IMG/VR virus record: IMGVR_UViG_3300048997_000130 | Location: 132,677 to 196,676 of that record | Length of the DNA stretch: 64,000 nucleotides | Direction: 5' to 3' (one strand) | DNA from: a virus | Shown here: positions 56,177 to 63,615 of the stretch, one piece after another | Layout: each line of letters starts with the position of its first letter | Position numbering within the stretch: position 1 is the first letter of the stretch | The notes under the pieces: generated by a model | The model's input: only the letters and a program-made list of their open reading frames with translations | What the model was told of the DNA's origin: nothing | Databases searched by the model: none | Position numbers and translations under genes: made by a program

Positions 56177-58621
56177 GTGGTGTCCTGGGTAACAATGTTT
56201 GTTAATGATAGTAATAATGGATAATGATTGAAATTACCTGCCAGCGAACCAGCGAACTCGGGAATCCTGATAATACCTGATAATAATGGATAATAATTGA
56301 AAGTAAAGAGCTCTGACGAGGGACGTCGTGCAGTAACCATAATTATTTGAAATTATGTGATCGGCAGCCAGACTAATCACGAGGATCAAAGTAACAATAG
56401 ATAATGATTGGAAGAGCTTAAGCTCGCGGGCAGCAACGGTTGGACTCGTGTAATAATGATTGAAAGCCTTCTACGCGCCGGCTTCAAAAATATAATGGAT
56501 CATGATCCATTATTACGATTGGGAAGGCGCTGCATCTGCACCAACAATTCCTGATTATTATGATTGGAAGGACTCGACGACGAGAATCGCAAGCTTTTGG
56601 CTGCAAGTTATGGTTGGAAGAGCTTCGCGAAATGCTGAATGTTGGACGACTATTTTTTGGAGATAACAATAGATCATTATCTATCATAATTAATTGGAAT
56701 CTCAAGGTGCAAAAATAGCCAACTAATGATCACTAGATAATGAATGAATGAAAGAAAGAACGGACGAAATTGCAGTAGACTGAGTCATATGGGACAGATA
56801 AATAGTGGACTATTCACAATGATTGGAATCAAAACGGACAGCCTTCCCGGCAGAGAACCGGATTGCGAATGGTAAGTTAATAGTAGATTATGATTGAAAG
56901 ACCTGAAAAGCGATATGGCCCTGTCAATGATTGAAATTAGGCCTTAATCGCATCTATTATATAAATATTGAAATGGCTTACGCTTTCGGATTGATAATGA
57001 TTGGAATATGTAGTCCTTACCTCTATGTTTGGTGTTAATGATCAATAATTATTGGAATTAACTGCGGAAAAAGAAGACAATATATGAATAATTGGAATCT
57101 GCCGACACATAAGCGATTTCCTGGATAATATATTTATTGAGATAAGGTTCGTTCTGCGCGGTGTGTTATCTTCAATAATATGATTTAATGATTGGGAAAC
57201 AGTGATTCACACCCGGAAAATCAGATAATCTCATTATTAATGAATATGACTAATGTGTATCATCTTGGACCTCAAGTTTAATAAATAATTATGTTGGAAA
57301 AGGCCTATCCAATCGTTTCCCCAAGATAAAATAGATTGGAATATGAGGCGAGATAGCACTCATAATAATGTTTGGAAAGCTGGGGATATGCGATACATAT
57401 AGGATATAGCGCCGCATAGATTATTACTGATTGGAACGGGTAGCCAAGCTTCCATCCCTTAGATTCTCAAGATATTTAGAATCTTGAATCAATATATACG
57501 TTCCGGATTTTGATATTAACTGGAATAATTTTATAAAATTGATTGATATATCATATATTGAAATAAAAGCGGGCTGTTCTCCCTGACATTTATTATTGCA
57601 ATATGATTGCGATCCCTCCAGGCTTGGCTAGAACTGATTGTAATTCTAGTGTTCAATTGGTGGAGTGGTAAACGCGTTTATAATTTATTAGCATTCAATG
57701 ATTGGAATGTGTAAGTAACAGTATATATGATATCGTGCAAGCATTGGAACCAGCGGAAGATTTCGATTCTGATTCAGAGCTGATTGGAAAGATGTCGCCA
57801 TATCATTGGAATAGTAATCAAACGGACTGCGTTGAGGTCAATTGATTGGAATCTGGCCCATTAGCATTAGTTGAATCAACATGATTGGAATAGACGAGAA
57901 AAGTATGCAGATACTGAATTGTCCATATCGGAATCATGCTTAGGAGTCGCTGTCATTATCTATTGAAACTTGCCTATGGATGCCCAAACCATTTGAAATA
58001 GATTGAAATACAATTGCATGATCTGGGATTATTTGATTATGTCCAAATTTGAAATCCATGTATTGGAAAACTTTTGCCACTCGTCTGCATGACTGGAGCG
58101 TTTTCAAAATTTAATCATATTTATTGGAAAACAGCGGATAGGTCTGTTGATCATTATTGGAATCCGCCAATGGACTGGCAATGTCCGGTTCTTGAATCCA
58201 GTTATTGGAATTAGAACAGTATGGCTCCGTTCAGTGCAGAATTTGGGACTCCAATATCTAATTATTGAAACCACCTCTAGATGATGGAGTCAGTGGATGA
58301 TTATTTGTATTGAAATGGGATTACATCATGCATAATATCAAAGTCCCATTATGAATTGGAATTGGTCGAGGAACTGCACCATTAGCAATCAATTGGAAAG
58401 GGTATGGCTCGATATATATTGATTGGAATAGACCCGAAAACTCGGCTGATGGTGCCTATTTCATTATTGGAATAGAAACGGTGTCACACTAAATTGGAAT
58501 TCGAACGACGGTTGTCTTGTTCCGGATTCAAATATATAAGGTTGCACATTAATTGAGATATGTATACGACCACCCGATACTAGGCTCGAATGTTCAACTG
58601 ATCGGAATAATCGATTGGAAT
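56177..58621 (+). CRISPR. degenerate, handle-only continuation of the array (about 50 units by hand count)
   Basis: Truncated repeats (24, 24, 21, 24, 17 nt), then recurrent ATGATTGGAAT/ATTATTGAAAT motifs mostly every 30-60 nt, usually followed by GC-richer unique sequence; no ORFs beyond short shadows. Confidence 0.75.
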
Positions 58622-58657
58622 TGGTAATGAATACCTGGGCTCGGAAATATTACGTGA

Positions 58658-59707
58658 TTGTATTTATTCGTGAGTTTTTCAACTCAGGAAGAGGAATACA
58701 TGAAATCGAATTACGTTAGAAATATTGTGTTGTTACTTACTATTATTGTCGGGAGCCTGATTCCAATTACTGCTCATGCATTGAGTCCGACAATCGTTAC
58801 GAATTTCAATGCTGCAGCATTTGAATCTCCTGAAAATATTTATATCGATTGGGCAGGTAATCGATATGTTACTATGGGTTTGACGGGAGAAGTTCGAAAA
58901 ATTGATGTGCATGGGAACCAATCAACTTTTGTTCAATTTTCGTTTGGTGCTCCACCACTCACTCCGTGTAATCCGCAACTTCCATTGCCTTTCCCAGCTT
59001 TGCTCGGGATTGATACGGATTTGCTCGGGAATTTTTATTTTGCTCTCAAATCCTGTGAACCATCAAAAAGCGGGATTTGGAGGAAATCGATATTTACCGG
59101 CCAACTCGAGCAACTAGCGAGCATCCCAAGCGGTTCATTTTTGAACGGGATTTCGTGGGTCGGAGGCTATTTATATGCCGCAGACACATTTGGTGCGAAG
59201 GTATGGCGTCTTAATACCGTTCGGCCGTCTGTTATGGAGATATGGAGTGCCGATCCTTTGCTCGCACCGAGGCCCAATGCCACTTTCCCCGGACCGAATG
59301 GTCTGAAATACTTCAGAGGCAATATTTATGTTTCTGTATCGGATACTGCTCTCGTACTGAAGTTTCGAATCCAACGAGATGGATCAGCTGGTCCAGCTGT
59401 GATACACGCAACAATCGGACAACCTGGTGGTCCAGGTTGTGATGATTTCTCATTCGATATTCTAGGGAATTTGTACTGCGGTAGTGATCCTTTCAATACC
59501 GTGATCAAAGTTTCACCGGAAGGATATGTATCTACCATTTTGACTGTTGCTGATGGACTGGATGGACCATCAGCAACATTCTTCGGTCGTGGTGCAGAAT
59601 CTACATATTTATATGTCACCAATGGTGCATTCCCGTTCTTTTCCCAAACACATACTCCATCATTGATGAAGGTAAATCTCGGAATCCCAGGATCTATTCT
59701 CCGATAA
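58658..59707 (+). CDS. secreted SMP-30/gluconolactonase-like beta-propeller (start probably internal MKSNYV)
   Basis: Signal peptide ...PITAHA; SPENIYID, FLNGISW, GPNGLKY, CDDFSFDILGNLY blades. Confidence 0.78.
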   Translation: MYLFVSFSTQEEEYMKSNYVRNIVLLLTIIVGSLIPITAHALSPTIVTNFNAAAFESPENIYIDWAGNRYVTMGLTGEVRKIDVHGNQSTFVQFSFGAPPLTPCNPQLPLPFPALLGIDTDLLGNFYFALKSCEPSKSGIWRKSIFTGQLEQLASIPSGSFLNGISWVGGYLYAADTFGAKVWRLNTVRPSVMEIWSADPLLAPRPNATFPGPNGLKYFRGNIYVSVSDTALVLKFRIQRDGSAGPAVIHATIGQPGGPGCDDFSFDILGNLYCGSDPFNTVIKVSPEGYVSTILTVADGLDGPSATFFGRGAESTYLYVTNGAFPFFSQTHTPSLMKVNLGIPGSILR

Positions 59708-59716
59708 CATTCTGAT

Positions 59717-60175
59717 GTGGAATATCTCTCTTGCTTAAGATTGAATGTAAATTCGAATATTGCAGGAGGGATATTCCACATGACAATCCGTGACATTCAG
59801 AACAATATTCTCGGAATCAATACTCAAGTTGCCCACCTCAAAGACGTTCGAAACGTATTGGCCAGTCTAGTACTTATCAATGGTTTAGACGAAACTGATC
59901 CGAAGTTGCTCGAGACTCTTGGACCCGCAATCGCATATACAGCGCATCAAGCACTTGATGCGCTGCTTTCGCATGTGTTAATTCTGAGGAATTTATTCCC
60001 TGAATCATATAAACCAATCGTTGATAAAAAAGTGTCTGTTCGACACATCAACGGGATTTCGAATTCTAAAACAAAAACTCCAAATGGAACGGTCAATAAA
60101 TTGGTCCGTACTGAACGAGCTAAAAAAGCTTGGATTACGCGACGAGCCAATTTAACTTTGAATTCTAAATCGTAA
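59717..60175 (+). CDS. hypothetical protein (start probably internal MTIRD)
   Basis: Basic C-terminal tail RAKKAWITRRAN. Confidence 0.58.
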   Translation: MEYLSCLRLNVNSNIAGGIFHMTIRDIQNNILGINTQVAHLKDVRNVLASLVLINGLDETDPKLLETLGPAIAYTAHQALDALLSHVLILRNLFPESYKPIVDKKVSVRHINGISNSKTKTPNGTVNKLVRTERAKKAWITRRANLTLNSKS

Positions 60176-60310
60176 AACGTTTTACGAGTTTATTCATGTT
60201 TGTTTGGTATGAAGACCAAGTATCATTATCGGATCCTTGTTCGCCGTATCAAACAAATTCTATTTAAAGAACAGGTTCGAACTTTCAAAACCAAGGTTCG
60301 AATCATTTGA

Positions 60311-60526
60311 ATGTACGTTCTGCGCATGCACACGTGCAAAGCACAATTAGATCCAGCGCATTCAGATAATGCATGTTTGGCTTGTCAGAGCCAAACAAAT
60401 ATTGATTGCACTTGTCCGGAATGGTGGTTCCCACTTGATAGACGAGAGAAACTGCAGCAAATCCCGCATGGTTTTGGTAATACTTTCCAACATCATTTTT
60501 CATGTGCAAAAGCTAAAATGATGTAA
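60311..60526 (+). CDS. small Cys/His-rich protein
   Basis: CLAC, CTCPEW, HHFSC. Confidence 0.5.
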   Translation: MYVLRMHTCKAQLDPAHSDNACLACQSQTNIDCTCPEWWFPLDRREKLQQIPHGFGNTFQHHFSCAKAKMM

Positions 60527-60539
60527 AGTATCATATTTT

Positions 60540-60899
60540 ATGAGTCATCGTTATTTTGTTTATTGCCAGACTTGTGATTCCGAACACATGTTTGAAAACA
60601 CCAATCATGAAAATGGATTCATTCGCGCATTAATTCGGAATGCAAAACCAATCGCCGAATTAATAAATTTGTCCCGTGAATGTAGTATGACTTCAATTGA
60701 ACTGAAGTCATACTGCGGGCATATTAATATAGAATGGTTCTATGCTCACCACGAACATAAACTGGTGGTGCGTGATGAATATAAACATTTGGAAAATCAA
60801 TGCATTATAAGAGTGACCTGTGGAACATGTAATATCATTCATGATTGTATTCTCGAGCTGGATCATTCAGGCCCACATCAATTCAAAATCACTACATAA
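60540..60899 (+). CDS. Cys/His-rich hypothetical protein
   Basis: CQTCDSEH, CGTC...HDCILELDHSGPH. Confidence 0.62.
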   Translation: MSHRYFVYCQTCDSEHMFENTNHENGFIRALIRNAKPIAELINLSRECSMTSIELKSYCGHINIEWFYAHHEHKLVVRDEYKHLENQCIIRVTCGTCNIIHDCILELDHSGPHQFKITT

Positions 60900-60904
60900 A
60901 AAAC

Positions 60905-60933
60905 TTGCACAACGCATAATTGTATGTTATACT
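60905..60933 (+). promoter_or_regulatory. sigma70-type promoter upstream of the ncRNA/tRNA cluster
   Basis: TTGCAC-N17-TATACT with an extended -10 TG. Confidence 0.7.
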
Positions 60934-60939
60934 TTGTGA

Positions 60940-61168
60940 ACGGTCGCATTTCATATGGTAATTAGCAGAACAAGCCAACAATCATCCCAGGCCCAATTGG
61001 GTTTTGGGCTGACGTTTGCTTATCCGACATGTGAATATACCATAAGTATCTTCTCCAAGCCCCAATCATTTTTGAATTCGGAGAAAGATACTTAGGCGGC
61101 CAAAATTCACATTTCAACTATTCGTGAATTGGCCGCCCCAGGAAACTCGGGCGGCCAAAACGTTTTTT
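60940..61168 (+). ncRNA. candidate structured leader RNA ending in a terminator/antiterminator pair
   Basis: Helices TATGGTA/TACCATA, AGCAGAAC/GTTTGCT, AAGTATCTTCTCC/GGAGAAAGATACTT, GGCGGCC-AA-AATTCAC/GTGAATT-GGCCGCC; terminator TTGGCCGCCC/GGGCGGCCAA followed by AACGTTTTTT. Confidence 0.45.
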
Positions 61169-61244
61169 GAATATCAGAAAGGACAATATGATGATTGGAA
61201 TTCAATATTATAGCGCAGCGCAGAGCGCGCATCTTGCGACTTTT

Positions 61245-61326
61245 GTGGATGCTGGGCATTGGCGAGCCCAACGGTTTGTAATCCCGCCGCTTTTTAGCTG
61301 TGTAGGTTCGAATCCTGCCATCCACA
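61245..61326 (+). tRNA. trnY: tRNA-Tyr(GUA), weak anticodon stem
   Basis: GTGGATG/CATCCAC acceptor, GGGC..GCCC D-stem, TT-GTA-AT loop, long variable arm, GGTTCGAATCC. Confidence 0.7.
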
Positions 61327-61375
61327 CTAAACGGAAGCGGAAGCGCAAATGAAAAAGCATAAAATCGGGATATAA

Positions 61376-61400
61376 GGATCTGTAGCACAATGGCAACGTA
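61376..61400 (+). pseudogene. 5' part of a split tRNA-Lys-like gene
   Basis: GGATCTG-TA-GCACAATGGCA; its acceptor strand pairs with CGGATCC at 61585..61591. Confidence 0.55.
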
Positions 61401-61403
61401 AAT

Positions 61404-61475
61404 GGGCTTGAAATGTAATGGTTGCATACCGGCCTTTTAAGCCGTGAAGAGCGGGATCAATACCCGTCAAGCCCA
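61404..61475 (+). tRNA. trnK: tRNA-Lys(UUU)
   Basis: GGGCTTG/CAAGCCC acceptor, CCGGC-CTTTTAA-GCCGT anticodon arm, T-loop GATCAAT. Confidence 0.82.
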
Positions 61476-61550
61476 CGACTAGTATTTAATTGACTAACTA
61501 AACTATGATATCAAACGAATGAAAGATAGATTCTTGAATCAAATATCTAA

Positions 61551-61592
61551 TTTTTAACCGGAAGGTTGTGAGTTCAAGTCTCACCGGATCCA
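61551..61592 (+). pseudogene. 3' part of a split tRNA-Lys(UUU)-like gene
   Basis: TTTTTAA-CCGGA-AGGTT-GTGAG-TTCAAGT-CTCAC-CGGATCC-A. Confidence 0.65.
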
Positions 61593-61597
61593 CTCTC

Positions 61598-61670
61598 GAG
61601 TCTGTAGCTCAATGGGTAGAGCCACTAATTCTTAATTAGTAGGTTGGAGGTTCAATTCCTCTCAGATTCA
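61598..61670 (+). tRNA. trnK: tRNA-Lys(CUU)
   Basis: GAGTCTG/CAGATTC acceptor, GCTC..GAGC D-stem, ACTAA-TTCTTAA-TTAGT anticodon arm. Confidence 0.9.
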
Positions 61671-61723
61671 CTTCTTCAAACACAAGTAGGATCGGTTGTC
61701 ATAGAAACAATATTCAACAATAT

Positions 61724-61794
61724 TCGGGACTCGTCTAAAGGCAGGACATCTCCCTTTGAAGGAGAACATCGTGGTTCGAATCCACGGTCCCGAA
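61724..61794 (+). tRNA. trnQ: tRNA-Gln(UUG)
   Basis: TCGGGAC/GTCCCGA acceptor, TCTCC-CTTTGAA-GGAGA anticodon arm, CGTGG-TTCGAAT-CCACG. Confidence 0.92.
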
Positions 61795-61892
61795 CTGATT
61801 CAAGCCGCGTTGTGGCCTTGATCTATGACATCATAAAACGGCGTGACGACGGAATCCAAATAATCGGAGTCTGTGTCAGTCTCCCGTGGAAT

Positions 61893-61968
61893 GGGGATGT
61901 GGAGGAGAGGTTGTCCTCGCCTGTTTGTCAAACAGGAGATTTCGCGGGTTCGAATCCCGTCATCCCCG
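61893..61968 (+). tRNA. trnD: tRNA-Asp(GUC)
   Basis: GGGGATG/CATCCCC acceptor, CCTGT-TTGTCAA-ACAGG anticodon arm, GCGGG-TTCGAAT-CCCGT. Confidence 0.92.
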
Positions 61969-62013
61969 CTCAATATCTATAATGATAAATGATTGGAATT
62001 TAACGCGGAAGCC

Positions 62014-62043
62014 ATGTGTTCGGATTATATAATCCGAACACAT
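62014..62043. terminator. perfect 30-bp palindrome between the tRNA cluster and convergent genes
   Basis: ATGTGTTCGGATTATATAATCCGAACACAT. Confidence 0.6.
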
Positions 62044-62044
62044 A

Positions 62045-62383
62045 TTATAGACTATCTATCCATTGTTGATGACTCGCATCGATTTTATCACCAAGTTCTG
62101 TTATTTGAGGCTTTACGGCTTCTAATGCTTTATGGATGATATTGGCTTGCTGAATTTGTAAACTCACAATTTCTTCTGGAACGTCATCTTCTTCTTGTCC
62201 CCTTTGGGCGTTTACAACAATAGCCTCTGTAAACAATTCCATGACTTCTTCTATTCGTTCGTATTGGCTAATAATATTAGCCAATTCTTTTATATTATTG
62301 CCAGCGGCCACTCGAATAGCGATTTTATCAACGTTCATGATTATTCTTCTTTGATTACTCAAAAATGTTTTAGATGTGCGCAA
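62045..62383 (-). CDS. acidic helical protein with N-terminal IAxRVAA motif; paralog of the next ORF
   Basis: MNVDKIAIRVAA...QYERIEE. Confidence 0.68.
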   Translation of the reverse strand: MRTSKTFLSNQRRIIMNVDKIAIRVAAGNNIKELANIISQYERIEEVMELFTEAIVVNAQRGQEEDDVPEEIVSLQIQQANIIHKALEAVKPQITELGDKIDASHQQWIDSL

Positions 62384-62398
62384 CTATGATTCTATATG

Positions 62399-62776
62399 TT
62401 AAGCTGGTTCATCCAGAACATTAGTTTCAGGTTCTCTTATAATTTGTTCGATTTCATCACTGATTCGTGTGAGTTCGGGTTTCAATTTCTCTAGAGCTTG
62501 ATGAACCATTTTAACCTGGCTCATAGTCAAATCAAAGGCTTTTTCAGGAATGCCTTCATCTAACACAGTCTGGGCACTCATAACCAAACCTTCAGTATAT
62601 ATATCGATAGTTTCCTCTACCCTTTCATATTGACCGAGAATATTAGCAATTTCTTGGGAGTGATTGGCGGCAACTTTGGCGGCAATTCGTTCTAAATTCA
62701 TGATTAATATTTTGTATATCCCGTGCAAGACTACGTATACCGAGACGGCCTGAAGGGCAATTCGTTCTAAGTCCAT
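62399..62776 (-). CDS. acidic helical protein with a duplicated N-terminal LERIA motif
   Basis: MDLERIALQA...MNLERIAAKVAA...QYERVEE. Confidence 0.68.
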   Translation of the reverse strand: MDLERIALQAVSVYVVLHGIYKILIMNLERIAAKVAANHSQEIANILGQYERVEETIDIYTEGLVMSAQTVLDEGIPEKAFDLTMSQVKMVHQALEKLKPELTRISDEIEQIIREPETNVLDEPA

Positions 62777-62788
62777 GATTAATATTTT
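62681..62788. repeat. 33-bp direct repeat (62681..62713 and 62756..62788)
   Basis: GGCAATTCGTTCTAAATTCATGATTAATATTTT vs GGCAATTCGTTCTAAGTCCATGATTAATATTTT, 31/33 identical. Confidence 0.88.
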
Positions 62789-62836
62789 ATATAAGCGGGT
62801 TAGTAAATTATTCGATAATGATGTTATTTTATATTA

Positions 62837-63214
62837 ATGAAGAAATACAAGCAAATAGGATTACGGAGATATATTCCGCCGAATCAACTAACGGAACAAT
62901 TTATCCAACATTTGCTTGGACATGGGATGATGACAATTTGGACTGGCATCAATCGATGGGAACATGAAGCCAAACAAGATTTTGAACGCTTGCTTCAAAT
63001 AGATGGACAAATCCGAAAACAATTCTTGTTGATGCTGAATACCCATAAATTAGATATCAAACAAATAGTAATTATTGTCCATGATGGTTTCATAGAGCGG
63101 CCGTTGACCGTTGATTCCGTTATTCAAATGTATAAATTCATATTTTTTAAAGATCTGGCGACATTTAAGGCATTCCTGGATTTTGCCGCAGTTAGTCATA
63201 TAATGGAATCATGA
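62837..63214 (+). CDS. hypothetical protein, tag family
   Basis: Ends AAVSHIMES. Confidence 0.7.
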   Translation: MKKYKQIGLRRYIPPNQLTEQFIQHLLGHGMMTIWTGINRWEHEAKQDFERLLQIDGQIRKQFLLMLNTHKLDIKQIVIIVHDGFIERPLTVDSVIQMYKFIFFKDLATFKAFLDFAAVSHIMES

Positions 63215-63615
63215 TATATCCGGCGTTAAAACAAATTAAAGTGGATAAATTATCGCGCGAGGCTATTCGATATGTCACTACTCAATCAATTTATAGTGTA
63301 TATATTAAAACGTCCACTTGGATTCTATATCGAAGAAGTTTTAAATATCTACTCATGAATAATACTTCTGTAAGAAGCGCATATAAACTTGCAATTGAAA
63401 AATGGCAAAGAACATTCGAATATGCAGATAGCGAACAATCCAGCGTAGACCAGTTTAATTATTTAAAAGCTCGATTATTGGTGTCCGCCACTAATTTGAA
63501 CGTAACTGACAGTTATCCATTTACTATATATTTATATCTAGCGATTTTTCCTGACATACAATCATTAAGACTGGTTGTTCGAGAATCCGCCATTCATGCA
63601 GTCATGCAGTCATGA
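63211..63615 (+). CDS. hypothetical protein, tag family
   Basis: Ends IFPDIQSLRLVVRESAIHAVMQS. Confidence 0.7.
   Translation: MIYPALKQIKVDKLSREAIRYVTTQSIYSVYIKTSTWILYRRSFKYLLMNNTSVRSAYKLAIEKWQRTFEYADSEQSSVDQFNYLKARLLVSATNLNVTDSYPFTIYLYLAIFPDIQSLRLVVRESAIHAVMQS

Noticed and set aside
55491-56705. ORFs 55491..55694, 55560..55871, 55952..56143 and 56484..56705
   Set aside because: They are translations of the leader, repeats and spacers (repeated MDNNPLL / NNGLL), not genes.
72-60150. Numerous antisense or nested ORFs (e.g. 3567..3968, 22296..22841, 26745..27203, 43251..43889, 59326..59796)
   Set aside because: They are fully overlapped by better-supported genes on the other strand or frame and have no motifs of their own.
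60940-61168. RNase P RNA, tmRNA or T-box identity for the structured leader
   Set aside because: CAGGAAACTCGGGC only loosely resembles the RNase P GAGGAAAGUCC motif; the other conserved regions, a tag ORF and the T-box consensus were not found.
61107-61982. ORFs 61107..61427, 61167..61352, 61208..61396, 61644..61982, and also 12435..12650 and 12478..12735
   Set aside because: They overlap tRNA genes and are shadow frames.
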